Of a DNA stretch of 64,000 nucleotides, positions 12,497 to 26,910 are shown in pieces (positions within the stretch are counted from its first letter, which is position 1; the number at the start of each line of letters is the position of its first letter). The position numbers and the translations under genes were made by a program. The stretch spans positions 3,224,001 to 3,288,000 of the forward strand of contig CM060731.1 in the NCBI GenBank assembly GCA_030704615.1. Direction: 5' to 3'. The DNA comes from Takakia lepidozioides. Its lineage: Eukaryota; Plantae; Bryophyta. The notes under the pieces were generated by a model, which was not told where the DNA came from, ran no database searches, and saw only the letters and a list, made by a program, of their open reading frames with translations.

Positions 12497-12989
12497 AGAG
12501 GGAGGAGAGAGAGAGGATTAGAAAGTATCAGCCCAGTAATCAGAGACATCCAGATGTGTGATTATGTGCACAATCATCAAATAGAGACACTAAAAAACAT
12601 GACCAAGTCATCAATGCTGTTCGACCCCCGCTCTAGAGAGGAGCTAAACTGGCAGTACATCTCATCTGCATGTTCCATGTAACCTTCATTTGATTTTCAA
12701 CTTGAAGAACAGCCATAAGGGCAACCAATAAAACAAAAAATGGCTCTTAGTAGCCAACGAACAACACTCTACTCTTACAGAGACAGGCACTTAAATGCCA
12801 GCATCAAGACTCAGTCATCAGACCACCCAGTAAGATGTTCGTTTGCACTAGAGGATATCAGGGTGGAACTGTAACTCTCCAGTAACCAGCCCAAATGTCA
12901 CCAGAAAGAAAACCATCTCTCAAGTTGGACCCTCCGTGCTTTGTCATCTTTAGCCATCACTCAGAATGTACAATGAGACCACAAGGCCC

Positions 12990-15900
12990 TCATGTGAACT
13001 TGAACTCACGCAGCTCACTCACATTCAGACGAATTGAAGGGCCCATAGTGGTGCACACATGGGCTGATTTCCAGTATACTCCCTTGGCTCCCGACGGCTT
13101 ATTTGCATCCACGGAATTCTGCAGCACAGTCGATTCACTTTAAGATTAGTGACATGTAAGCGGGACAATACCTGGAGTGGAACCCAACTCTTCCTCTACT
13201 TCTCATTGAACTTTGGTGTAATGATATCTGACCAGATGGGTACCCCGAACCTCCCTCTCAATATACTTCTAGATGACAGAGAGTACTCATTATTGAAAGA
13301 TTCTTGAGATAATGCTAGTCTCTGTAATCTCGGGCCTCGGCAGCAGCCATTGAGATCATTGAAGGATCTTGTCAGATCCCGGCTGCCTTGAGCCGGGAAT
13401 ACCAAACTGTACACATATACGCAACAGACATTACCAGGTTGAGAGTTAGGTACCAAGTGCTTAAGGGAGATACTTACCGCAACAGCCACCAAATTCACCA
13501 GGAGATCATCATTGGAGAAATCAGACTTGCCAAACAGCACATGCACAATTCCAGTCTTGTCTGCTCGATACTCTACCTTCCCTGCTTTAAATTCACCGAT
13601 TCAATTGCGCTCAGTCAACAAGTGAAAGGGGAGGAAGAGTGAAGGAGCGACACAAAGAGGCCTCGGCAAAATACTACTGGTCTTGCATACCTCCATTGCT
13701 TCACAGTACATAGACATAAGAATCTGCTATTCACAATCCTTGAACCAAACTTCATATTAGTCATGAGAAGGTTTTGACTTGTGGGTGCAATACACTGACA
13801 CCCAGAGTAGCTGTCAATGTATTAAAAAACAGCATCTATGTAGCTAGAGAATCACATCTCCATCCAGACATCAGAAGCTGAACCAAACAGATGTTGCACC
13901 AGGTTAAGACCTAAACCAGTGCAACATAGAGAGTGCAGTCTTGAAATTATGTTATCAATCACCAAGTCTCGGACCATTTCCTTCATCATGTATGGCAGTG
14001 ACAAGCTGCCACCACTCCCCACCAACTTCAAGCTCCCAACAGTGGGCATACATCGCAAATAATACTACACTCAAATCCATTAGACAATCTTCATACTCAG
14101 CCATGATGACAGCTAGCAGAAAGCCAGTAGCAGTAGTATTTGGAAGGGCGTACCGTGACAAGATCTACAGTGACGGTACCAGCCTTAGGGTTAGGCATAA
14201 GCCCCCTTGGACCCAACAATCTCCCAAGCTTTGCAACCTGCCAGTAACCACAACAAAACCACCCAAAGCAGTGTGGGGACACTAATCCACAACTAATGCA
14301 ACCAAGAAACCACAGAAATTTATTCAAGAGAACTACTGGGGTATGTGTGAATCAAGGGCAAGTATGAAGCTTTGCATTGAAAATCAAACTCCCATCAGTG
14401 GCTCAGGTGCAGTAGCTGCATACTTAGAGCTGAGTAGCAAGAAAGCTCACCTAAGTGTAACACTGGCCACAGCTATAAGATCCAGGATGTGTCAAACTGT
14501 TAATATCCCCCTCAGAATGTACAGTTTTGCCTGTACTTACCTGAAGATGGAGGTCCTCTTCAGGAAGCATGTGCCATGCTTTCTAAAATGTTTAGATCTC
14601 CACACTCCCAAGTGCAGCGATGTACTCTTAAGGTCTTAGCCTACGCAACCGCATGCACCTCCTTGTGCGACGGACTCTCTCAACCCAGCTTGCTATACTC
14701 GCAACAGCAACTCACAAGATTTAAACCACTCAATCATTTGGTCGAAGACAAGTCCCTCTTCACTGACCTACATCTTAAGATGCTGCTAAGTCTGGAAGTC
14801 ACAACACACCTTAGGCATCATATCTGGAGTAGCAATAAGTTTGTCGAAGTCCATGAAACCACCTGCGATCTGCTCGATCAGATCTTCGCCTCCAACAAAG
14901 TCTGCACCTGCAGTCTTGGCTTCGGCTTGCTTCTCACCTGTCCATTCCCCGGCACAGGTTATGTTATCCTCTCCTTTCATCTCTTATGGGCACCCAATTT
15001 CAGCTGTCTGGTTCTTCCAAACCCCTTTCTTCCTCTCCTGCAAAGAACTAAGGTATTAGTACAATTCACAGTAGTGAGCAAAAGTGCATTGCCTCGAGGA
15101 AACAAGCCACCATCATCTAGTACAAGCATCTTGTCAGCATGGAGCAAAGAACTGACCTTGAGTTAAGACAGCTACTCTAATAACCTGTCCTGTTCCCTTT
15201 GGCAATGACACCTGTGGGCCACCAGTTTTCTATTAGTCCACAATGCCTCCCACATCAAGAATGATAGCTTTCCAGCAATTCTCTTTTGCAACAGACATGA
15301 CATTGAAGACAGCTCCCTTTCCATTAGGGAAGCACAAGCCCACATGCAGAACGAGCTGAAGATGACCTGTAAAGGCCGGAACTTCGGATAGCCCAAGATG
15401 CTTTGACGCAAGGATGCAGCAATTGGTGATTCTAAAGCTGCTATGATTAATGAACTTAGTTCATTGAACCTACCAACAACCAGCCCCCTTTCCAAAATAA
15501 GAAATTTAATTTTCTCCTAGTGCTAAAGTCTATACCTCGCATATGGCATAAAATTGGAGTAAAAACTCACGGTAGCCCGAAGCTGTTGGTCAGTGTACTT
15601 TGGATCAATGTTAAGGCGAAAATGGGCTTCAGCAGTTTCAATGAATTTGAGATTCGCCGTATCCTTGAGCATCCTAATGGCCGCATTCGGATCATACTCT
15701 TGCTTCTTCACCCGAAGCTTCTGAAGCTCCAGGTATCTTTTCGACCTTGTCTGTCCAACCCCAAACAGATGTCCACATTTAGGTGAGCTGTCATCGGTAA
15801 CCGAATGCACAGACCAACCTTGCTAGAAATCTCTCGAGCTTAAACAAGCACACTGTTAGTAACAAGCACACTGCAACCGTTGTCCAATTTCACTCCTCCA

Positions 15901-16334
15901 GACAGAAATTCCTTGAACAAAGGCCGACAGGGCGTTACATCACGGAATTGTTTAGCAATTGAAAAGGAAAAGATACAACATACCCTGTCGCTCTTCAAAG
16001 CCAGGGCAGCTTTGCCAGTCTTAGGTTTCACAGCCGGTGCAGCAGGCTTCTCCTCCTCCCCGTCATTCAACACCTCGTCTTCCAGCGACGGAAACAGCTC
16101 CGTAACTGCGGCCACGCGTGCTCTGGATGCTACCTCCCCCTTGAGGTCCCGCCATGTCCTGGCTTGCTTGCCCTGCACAGGATACTGTGCAGGCCTTCTC
16201 AGGCCATGGAAGGAGGGAATAGAAAGAGCTCTAGGGCAGGGGGAAGAGGCTGGGGATGTGATCTTAGCAGAGAGAGAGATGGCAGCGATGGAGGGGGGCA
16301 AGTCTAGCAGCATGGATGCCGCTGAAGTGGTCAT
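12990..16334 (-). CDS. RPL1: Plastid 50S ribosomal protein L1 (uL1c); exons 16334-15984, 15750-15571, 15211-15157, 14937-14810, 14237-14154, ~13600-13478, 13118-12990
   Basis: Transit peptide followed by [96 protein letters not shown] and [16 protein letters not shown]. The exon 6 acceptor is anomalous (see findings). Confidence 0.92.
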
Positions 16335-17139
16335 TTGTCCGCTGCTCAATCAAATGCACAGGGAGAGATTCCTGCTCTTCCAAGGCCTCCAAAGAGCAGG
16401 CAACAAACAGTACGCAAGGAGATAGTATACACAAGGCCGTATAGGCAACGATTACGTGTCCACACTACGTATAGATATATCTATTACGTAGGTAGTTAGG
16501 TATGCAGTAGGCAAGTATAAAATACTTACCTACCTACAAATAGGTACCGTCACCCAGGTAAGGTAGGGAACTCTGTACCACAAACGAATTATAGGGAGTA
16601 CCAGACAGTTCTTGCAAATAGTTTTAAGATTTCGTGGGTATTACCTCCAGGGAGGTAGTAGTGCCCAAGACGTTGAGGGGGGCTGGAGGTTTTGCAGTGC
16701 GCAGTCACTGCCTAGATTATAGCTCCGATGGTTTCTTCCATTGCTGGCACTGTCTAGGTTAGGTGACATTTTTTGTCTTGATCGAAGCTGTCGTGCAGTT
16801 TTTGGTGAGAATGAGGTCTGGAAGTTACCCTGTTACCAGCCCATCCTGGAACAAACCTTTCAAAGTGAATGCTTTTTGCGGAAGCTCAAATCAAACTCGA
16901 ATTCAGTTGTGTGCATGGATCCTTCATACTGACTGTGTTCCTAAATAGCTGTCACTCCCAACCAGAGTTAAATGCAATCCTGCCAAATAACCAGCCTCCG
17001 CCCCCACAATACTTTTAACACCCTCCTCTTGGCAGACAATCAGCTGTCTGACCCGTCACATAAATTAGAGAAAAAGAGCATCTATTCAAAAGAGCCTAGA
17101 AACAATGACAGCCAACACATAATAAATTTACATTCAATA

Positions 17140-20100
17140 CTATTTCCCTCGGCCCCGACCACGGGGTCTCCCTCGTCCCCGGACAGGTGCACTGGTCTCC
17201 TGAGACTCCACAGCAGGTTGTCGGCGTGGTCTGCCTCTCCCCCTTTTAGCAGGGGCTTCATCCTCACTTGCATTACCATTCTTTGTGGTAGTTGCCTTGG
17301 AGGATCCACGGACACGACCTCGGCCTCGTCCACGCCCACCTGTAGGCACGAGACAAATGTCCGCCAAGGCTTTCATGCTTGTGTATGTGGTTCTATGAAG
17401 TGCCTGTATTGGAGCAGGCATGGCAGCCTCTAAGGGTGAAAGTTCACCAGACAAACATCTTCAGGCTCTCAACATAATGCTCTTGCTGATATGGGCCCCA
17501 ATGCATGCTGGGGTTCAGAAACCGAGTCACAACAGGAAGCTCACTTGGCCTTCAAAGCCTCAAGCTCTGAGAACTCGATGCTCAAAGAATAGGAGCTGCT
17601 AGAACCCACGTTAGTGATGCTTGCATCTATTTCCTGTACAGGAAAGAGCTGAGCCTCTTCCCAGAGTATTGAACATCCAGTGTTGAGTCAAGAGGCACTC
17701 CATACCTTTACTCGGCTTGGAGGGCTCGTCACTATCATCATCTCCACTATACTCCTCGTCGGACTCGGAGGCTGCTTTTTTCTTTGCTGGTCTTCCCCTG
17801 CGCTTCCCAGCAGCCACAGCAACCTTGCGCTTTTTGCCCTCCTTTTCAGAGAGGGCCTCTTCCTCATCACCATCCTCATCCTCCACAGTGACTGTTCCAA
17901 AATTTAGGATATTCAGGACAGAAGACCTTGATGCATAAGTGCAGGATTCTCAGGCCAGCCTTTAGTCGAACTGTAAATAGAGCTGATGTTTATCCCAATC
18001 TTACTATACTCAGTCACTCATGACCCCAGATAGTGATGGATTGCCTTCATCAGAAATGAGTAGATTGATACGTGGAAAGCAATGCAGGGATTTCATGTCA
18101 AAAGTCAATATGCAGCGATTTATGGAACCTTGGATGTATCTTCTTTGAGCCTAGACCATACAATGCACACAAGCTTCCAGCTGGACACCTATCCAAGTGG
18201 GATACTGCCTACCAATTTGCAGGCTACTCCTAGCTTTCATCATTGCTAAGAGGAGGTTATCCTAAGAAGACACTCTCGAACCAATCAAGGGGCCCACCTT
18301 GAGTAGCCTGAGCTCCGTCATAGGATTCAAACTGCAAACACACATCAGGGAAAAATCAGCTTCCATGAATAATGGAATGTCATTTATTAAAAACAAAGGC
18401 ACGACTACAGTGAGAGAAGGAATACCTGCTCCAGTTTTTCACCAGCTTTGGTGCGATCCACCACAAATAGAGAATGTGCCACACCACAAGCCACGCTGCA
18501 CAATACCCAACCACATGGATTACAGCTCATCCACCGTGATAATTTGAGAGCTGCAACTTTCAAAGAGCAATATATAATGGTCATATAGAGGGGGAGAGAC
18601 AAACCTGATAATGTGCAAGCCTTCCAGTGCATCAATCTTTTTCGGATTGGCTGAGGACCTGAACAGAAAAACCACCACTAACTGTGACTAGCCATTGGTG
18701 ACTAATAGGAGATTTTGTGAGATCATTCTCATTGCTTATTATCTCACAGTGACTTGGGATTATCAGGGGCCACTGCATGCACTTACTCCAAAGACCAATC
18801 AATAGAGCTTCACTATGGAGTCCCATACACCAGAAGGAATGCCTGGTTTTCATGTTCTTCCACTCTGTTCCATGGGCTCTGGGGGCCCCTGTGAACATTA
18901 TAACATTTTCTCCTTTCTCTTCCTGTCTCTACCTTGCGCGCGCACACACACACACACACACCAAGGTCCTATCCTGCAAAATTGTACTGTCACATTCTGC
19001 TACCATGAGCTAAACCACCAGAAAAATATTAAATGCAACGCATTCATACTTGGGTCCAGTAGGGCCATAGCCAAGCTCCCCATAGACAGCAGTGCCCCAG
19101 CTTATGCATGATTCCTCAGCTGCTGCCACGCTACTTGTGTTTCCACAGTCTAGGCTCCGGATGGTCCATCCACTTTGAACACACAACAGCAAGGTCAGAT
19201 CAAATTGTTGCCCAATATACAACACCCCCACAAACCCCACACACGCTTCAGAAGTCAATCTCCTGTGGTTAGGATTTTTTGGGGCTACAACACTAGGGAG
19301 AAGCACTCAGACTGCAGTGAAGCTGCCCACATGACCCATACTCTTCGCCTCACTGTCAATGGAAGCATTCTGAGTGGTAATGAGGTTATCAGATAATCTT
19401 CACACAAAAAGTTCATGAACCACGATTCAATGCAAAAATGATTGCAAATTAAATCATTCCTTAGCACTGATTAGAGTCACAACTGAGAACGCATGACCAA
19501 CAAGCAAGGAGAGCGAGACATTCGCCATCTTGCTAAAAGCACAACAAGTCAAAAAGCTGCTTACCTCAGGTCAAGGACAGGCTTTGGGTACATCCAGCTG
19601 TCTCCAGTTGTCTTCACACGACCCCACATGTATAATTGGCCACCGCCTAGCACAGCAAGCATTATACTTACCATAGTTACAACCATTAGAGAAGTACCTC
19701 AACAGCATTTTAAGATATATAAAACCTACAAACAACTGTTGGAGGAGTACCTTTGTAAACTACGGTGTGTTGGAGGGGGGGCCGCGGAGGATGGATAGAT
19801 TTGAAGCATCAAGCACAGCCGGAGAAACTCCCCAAACAGTGTCTTCAACATGCATGCAACAGACTCTCATATGTAAGGATGTACACCCAGAGAATTAGTT
19901 GGGTGAAGTATACACACCAGCAGTGCAAGCTGAATAAGCAGAGCCAGCAGCTACAACAGAAGTGGCGGGGAGAACATTGCTGCGCTGAAATGTATCCACC
20001 ACACGAGGCACCCACTCGTCCTTCTGCTCCTTGTGCCCCAACCTACCCCACCATATATTAGAACAGCATCCAACAGATGACCCACCGGGTAGGGCACGAG

Positions 20101-23100
20101 GCCACCTTACAAGCAGTTGTGGGTTCAAAGCCACACAGGTGTATGTTGGATGTCCCCCATTGTAGCCAACACAGCTATATAGGGGGGTTGCTGGGTCAAC
20201 CAGTCACCTAATGTGTGAGGAGGTTTAGGAAACCATGTGGCCCAGTTCAGCTGTTAGAAGGTGACCACGGAAGGCAGCAGCTCTTCGGGGTGAAGAGACA
20301 ATTTACACTTGCTTCGGCAGGAGTGAACCTTTATACTAGAACAGAATGTATCTAGACTTCTAGGTTGTTCAACCACACCAATCTTAAGACCCTAAATATT
20401 TACTGTCATTGCTCCCAGTTTGCCCACCTACTGATAGTTACGCATTTGTAGACAGACCACTTCAAATAGAGACATAACAGGAAGGGGAAATGAGAACAGA
20501 AAATAATTACTTGATTGAGATGTTGGCAACCTAACTGCACATTGACCTCTTACTTCAAAATGAAGAGCCAAATCTAATGGACGGACTTTCAACTTAATGT
20601 CTAGAGTGCCTGAAACTGGTAACCTTAGAAGCTCACCTGCCATGTCCTCCAAAACCCCACCTGCACAGCCCCAACCAAGATTGCAGCCGGACATCCACAA
20701 CAAAGATTTTTTAGTCACCCACAAATCAAAGTAAAGGGGAAAGCAGAATGAAGAGGAGGCAGTGAAGATACACTTAAAGTTTGACCATGCCTGCAGTCAC
20801 CCTCTGATCATAAATTGACTCCCAGTTTTGATAATTCAGAGACATCGGGGAGAAACATAGATTGGACTGTCAAGAAGAAAGGAAGAAAGAAAGAGAGTAT
20901 GACCTCTGCGGAGGCCCAAAGAAAGAAAGTAAGAAACTGTAAACCACCAGATATGTTGGGCAACCAAAAAGGTGTTCAGATCGAAGGATCTTGGTACAAA
21001 CATACACAGCTAGCTGTAAGATTAAAAGGAGTGGGAGGAAAAATATTCAAGGTGAGGTATACTCACGTATACACACAACCGTCCGAGTCCACCGCCACTG
21101 CAAGCATAGTATACGGTACTGAGTGTTATATCAGTGATCCAGGCGATGTCCCTCCGCATCTCTCAAGTTCCCAAGCATGCGCCCCCGCAATTTGGGTCAA
21201 GCAACAGCTTACGCACTATGTCCACCATTTGCCCTACAGAAAGTTTGCGGAAATACACTTACATAGGCAAATAAATGCTCAACCACATTCATACATTGTA
21301 TTTATGAGCTGACCTACCAAATTACAGGCCTAAAGTTTCTCTTTCTTTCTTTCTCTCATTTACAACTGTGGCCATCATGGCATTGCCTCAACAATGAGAG
21401 TCCAACAATACAAAGGGCCAGAACAGACCACTGTGGTTGTTGCCGCATGCCACCTTTGTGATATTTTTGCCTGCAAGCGAGCTGATGGCACGAGGACGAG
21501 GTTGCGCCTCATAAACTAACCGCACTGACCCTTCTTTTGAATTGTACTGCAACACAGAAGTGACCCGAATCTATAAGTTTAAGTGGCAAACCAGGTTGAA
21601 ACAGAACAGACCATCCAGCTCATAAACCAGTGTCTATCAGATAGAATTTTAGCCGAATTCAGATCAAGTTCAAACTGTCAATGCAGTGGTAGTGAGCTTA
21701 CTACCTTCCACAAACCCATGGGACAAACGGGTTATTGACTCACCTCATTATCAGTCCCATGGCCAAGCTGGCCATACTGGGGTAGACCTGCAGTCCTGCA
21801 CCCATTCACTAGGCTATCAGACGAGAGACTGTCAAGAACAGAAAGGCGAAGTATCCTCTCCATAGCAAGAACATAAACAAAATTTAAAAAAATACACGTG
21901 ACAGTAAACTGTTCTGGAAAGGAAGTCGAGCAGCGGGCACAGTGCATCCACAAAAGAGCAACTCACTGTATGACACCACCGGGAGACGTAAGCCAGACAG
22001 TGAAGTCTGCACCACATGCAGTGTGTCTAGCATCTGTCACCAATGCCCTCACTGGCAACTTCTCCCCCTCTGTTGAGACCCACCACCCCAACCAGAAAAT
22101 TTAGCCAAACTAGCAGCAACAAGAAATCTGAACAGTGGTAGATTTACAGCCACTCAGAATTCAACATTGCGGTGATTGCACCAAATAGTGGAATACCAGA
22201 TCCGGTTATGCCACACAAGTGCCTCAAAGGCTCCAGTCAGAGCCTGGGGCAAACAGGGAAGTGAGACTTCTATGAGAAGGCACGACTTGAAGCTGAAATT
22301 GTTGTCAACAAAGGGGGCTTGATTCTCATTAACTACTACTTCAGAAAGTTAAAGGGTATTGATATAGCTCGTCAAATGCTGTATACAACAGAAATCAAAC
22401 TTTGGTCTAAAAGATGTAGTTTCTGATGCTAACAGAGGAAGATCCTTGCAAGTGTCTCAAGCCAGAAAAATTACACCAAGTGCCTCTGCCATAGCCAAGT
22501 GCCTGGCAAGTATAAACCCAAACTTGTGAGGAGCAGGACGTACCATCTTTAACAAAGCCAGCACCTAGTTGACCATGCTTATTGAAACCAAAGCTGAATG
22601 AATTGTGATCATCTGTAATCACCACTGTGTGCTGCCGGCCTCCTGCAGCCTTCACCACCTTATACCTAAGCAAAAGATGCGCAGAACAACAGAAGAAAGA
22701 AGTCATCAAATTGCAATTGACCAAGAATGAGCATAATAGAGGTTTCAGACTTGCAAGGAAAGTACAAAAGAGAGGAGGACAGGCTTCTACTAGCTTAAAT
22801 AAGGAAGGCCATGCACAGCAATGACTCCAACCTTCTCTGAATGTGGAAAAGGTGGGTGAAAAGCGCAGATTCAGCAGCCCGGCTATAAGCTTTCTCACCA
22901 TTTCAAAAAATCCATCTATGAATTTTGTGAATAACCTAACTAACAATATCCCACCCAACACACCTCAAATCCAGAGCTCATGTCCTTAGTCCAAGGCAAA
23001 ACATGCAGCAGCATCTCACAGAAAATTCAATGGAAAAAGTACTAATGGTGAAGACCAACGCTCCAACCTGGCTAAGGCTGTGACAATCGTAGGCGAGGCC

Positions 23101-25341
23101 CGCAGAAGGAAGTCTCCATGACCTAGCTGCCCTTTCTGTCCAAGCCAAATCATTCTGTCTTACACATGCAAGGATGCATACAACATGCCAGACTAGGGAA
23201 ATTCATAAGGAAAAAACACCCGCGAGCATGATCTGCAAATAAGAGACACATCCTGCGTTGATGTCCAAAAGAGATCACTGGAGTAAGCTGAAACTGTTGC
23301 TCACAATATTACCAGGGTGGATACAGCAATTTTTCTGCCACAAGCCCGGAAATCTAAATGTATGCTAGGGTGACATTCTCTTCAACTCCAGCTACTAGGG
23401 TTTCCACATGAATGTGCTTTCAGTCTAGGAGCAGCATGTGGTACTCTCTTTCATTTGTTCTGGCAATAGCTTTGAGACCTCCGTGATTGTAAACATAGAG
23501 TACACAATATTACAGCATGCCCAAGGTGAAATAAGAAATTAATTTAGTGTCATCTTACAAGCAAATGCGTCCATTGAAAGAAACTCAACAAACCATGCAT
23601 TATGTGATGCATGTCGAGCATACCTAAGTGTAAATGTCCATGGAAGTGTAAAGGAGAATCCAGACATACACTTTAATGGTAACCATTTGATAAACCATAT
23701 TCAATGCTACCCTATCAAAGAAGAACTGAAGCTCTTAAAGAACGTTGTAACAACATAATGCACAACGAATGAAACTAGAGAACTAGACTACAGCCTTTTA
23801 TCCAGACAACCACATATGTAAATCTGTAGAGAAAATGCAAGTTTATGCACCCAATTGACATTTGAATCAACTCAAGCATGTTTCAACATCTCACGCCTTC
23901 TATGAAGTCACCTCGGATTGAAAAGAGAAAGAGGAAAAGACTGCTGCAGACCTCATTGCGACCCCATGTGAAGCATCGGCCATCCACATCCAACGCAATA
24001 CAATGGCATGAGGCTGCATATGCATTAAGCTATCATCAGCCCTGTTCTGTTCGTGATGACAATTGCTTCCAAACACATGAACTACAGAAATATCACAGGC
24101 CCAGTAGAGTTCTTGGGTGCACCATGTCCCTGTCGTGACTTCTACCAGTTGTGGCAAAACTTGAATATATCATGAACTGTCTTTCACAAATGTGATTAAC
24201 ATACCAAGAGGCCAAAAGTGCTCGCCCCACTCTTTGGCCCTTCTACACATGGTGGTTACAGTAGTGTGCGACCAATTGGATGGAGGAAAAACAAATCAAG
24301 TTCCAGACCTATGAATCTACATCGTTAAAAAAGGTTGTAGTTCAATGTGGTCATGAATGCTACTCCACTGCTTCTTCAAGTGCACAGCAGAAGCCCGAGC
24401 AGAGACCCGATTCAATTATTCTACTTAGACGTTTGTGAAGCTTAGACAAAGAACATAGGATCCTCTGAGCTAGACCAAACCAAAAAAAGAAAAAATACAT
24501 TTCTTGACAGAATTGACGTGCATGAAACTCAATATGCAGTTTGCTGACTAAGTCATAGGAATGCAATCGTTAGGAAATTCACTAGTCCTGAAACAGTGTT
24601 GAAAACCTTTATTCTTGCATTTAGACCACAGATATCTCCAGGGGTTGTGCGCATGCACAGAATTAAGATTAAGATAAAAGTGGAGAAATGTGACAATGTC
24701 ACCAAAAATCTAGAGCCGGTCGAACAGAAGTAGGACCCAGACACAAATCTACAAAGTCAGAGTATCATTCCCAGAAGTGGCAAGTGATATTAAGGCCGTC
24801 TAGACGTACTCATTCACCTCTTCCGTTACATGTCGTGTAATATTTGCGCTCTGTATGCAAACATCCTACTGTACTTTTGTTGTATGAGAAGTGCACTACA
24901 TCCTCCCCGGCCAATTCCAACCTGACCGGCATAGCATTGCGAGAAAAGATTTGTCGAGGACAAGTGCTGCCGAATTTTTCCAAACGGATGCAGAAAATGC
25001 TCGCAATGCCACAGCATCCGAAAGGAAAACCTATGTCCTCGTTCCATTATCTCGCCTCGGTCTCCAAGCCTCACTATGGCTTCACACACGAACAAAGGCA
25101 CAGAGAGAAAGGAGAGACAGAAGAAACAATCAGAACAAGGAGACGCACCAGAGCCAGCAGCCACGAGGCAGATATTGACGCCATGTAGTTGCACAAGCCT
25201 GGTAGGAGACGGGAGGGAACCGGATACTCCATCGACAACCTTGCGGCCTAAGGTCTCCCACGAAGTACCTCCACAAAACAAAATCTCTCCCGCCTTTGGT
25301 GCCTCCTCCTTGGTCGCTTCCGGCGCTGCTAATGCCTCCAT
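17140..25341 (-). CDS. RCC1-repeat protein, RCC2/TD-60-like, with acidic tail and AT-hooks; 17 exons (25341-25149, 24013-23952, 23135-23068, 22665-22544, 22069-21967, 21795-21744, 21546-21429, 21097-21067, 20660-20637, 20042-19918, 19646-19565, 19172-19050, 18658-18605, 18495-18426, 18331-18298, 17891-17706, 17339-17140)
   Basis: Repeated WGRNEKGQLGHGD, AGLPQYGQLGHGTDNEYN, WGFGGHGRLGH and SWG..YGELGYG motifs across phase-compatible GT-AG exons. The C-terminus has RRGRP and KRGRGRPR AT-hooks. Confidence 0.9.
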
Positions 25342-25432
25342 GGATCCCCTCCCCGATTTTCACAGCAACCACGATGACGAGCACGGATGCGCGATAGCAA
25401 GATCGCTCTCCCTTGCCGCGCTCTCTCTTCTT

Positions 25433-25435
<3 letters not shown>

Positions 25436-25475
<40 letters not shown>
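25436..25475. repeat. (CT)n/(GA)n microsatellite just upstream of the RCC2-like start codon
   Basis: About 20 consecutive CT units. Confidence 0.95.
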
Positions 25476-25477
<2 letters not shown>

Positions 25478-26483
25478 ATCCTTCTCATCAGCCAACCGGT
25501 CATACCCGGTCACACATAGAATGAATGACCGGACATGTCCCGCGTGGAGGCTGTGTTTGAACTATACAAGAAACCCTAGGGCTCGAGGCACACCTAGGCG
25601 CCCCTCGGCACTATGTCCCCCAGGGGTAGTGCCAAGGTTGCCCCGCCTCCCATCTTCGCCACGTCATCTAGGCCACGTTGGCACACAAGTCATCGCTTCC
25701 TGCGCCAATCTGCGCCACGCAGGTAGACAAGCCCCCTTACGGGGCCCACACCCTTGCCACTTGCAGGCTAAACGCTTTCCATACACTCTCAAAAATGTGT
25801 GGCTAAAAACAGGTTGAGCCATACTTTTTTCTTTTTTTTCCTTTTTTTTCTTTTCAAGAAAGGCCGATGGAATTTCCTGGAACATATTGATAATATGAGG
25901 AAAAAATAACCTTGGATTACAAACCATGAAGGTTGAAAAAGGGGATACTGCCCGATACTTTGAGTCTTTGGCACATTATAGAAGATACACTACATATGTA
26001 TTTTCATGAATAGCATATCTAAGTGTTTTCTTCTTTTTATTTATCTCTTCATCGTCACCATGTCATCATAGCCACATCATCGTCGCCACGTTCGTAGCCA
26101 CGTCATCATCATGGATTTGTCACCATGCCCTAAAATTTGGCAAGGACATAGTCATGGCACCAGTGCATTGGAATTTGTAGGTCTCAAAGCAATGTTTTAA
26201 GGATATGGTGCCATACATTATGACTAAATCGTTTGAAAATGTAATGACAATGGGGCACACAAAATTTAAACAGATTGCACATATTGCACTACATTCTTCC
26301 ATTTTAAAGTATCATTTCATATTTTGTAATGATGAACTTGAAAAAATTATGTAGTATGATGAATAATATGAACTTGATATACATGGGTAATATTGATGTT
26401 GATATGTCATGTACTATATTAAAATATATATATGACACATTTTAATACATTAAAGCTATAGACATATGAAAAATATGCAAAAA

Positions 26484-26910
26484 GTGGGTTTATGAGTGCC
26501 ATCATTTAAGTGGGGATTAGTATTACGTTGAAGGTTGATATTTCATATTTATTAACAAAAGCATATAGCAAATTTTCATATTATGAGCCATATAAATATT
26601 TAAAAAAATGTGCGAGTATAAGCGGCTACGAGGATGAGTACAATAACAGTCATTTAAGTGGGCTAGTGTTCCATGACATGTTGATATTTCATACATTAAC
26701 AGAAAAGTATAGCACATATATCTCACCATATGTATATACAAAATATTATAAAATTGGGTTTAGGAGTGTCCTTTAAGTGGGTTAGTGTTGCATTACATGA
26801 CATATTAACAAAATGTAAGACAAACTTTCATACATGTAGCCATACACATATGAAAAAGTGTTGGAAATGGTTTTATGAGTGTCATTTAATTAGGTCAGTA
26901 TTACATTTGG
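26484..26910. repeat. Degenerate ~120-150-bp tandem repeat in AT-rich, probably TE-derived DNA
   Basis: A tttaagtggg core recurs near 26506, 26653 and 26773, with a degenerate copy near 26885. Confidence 0.6.
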
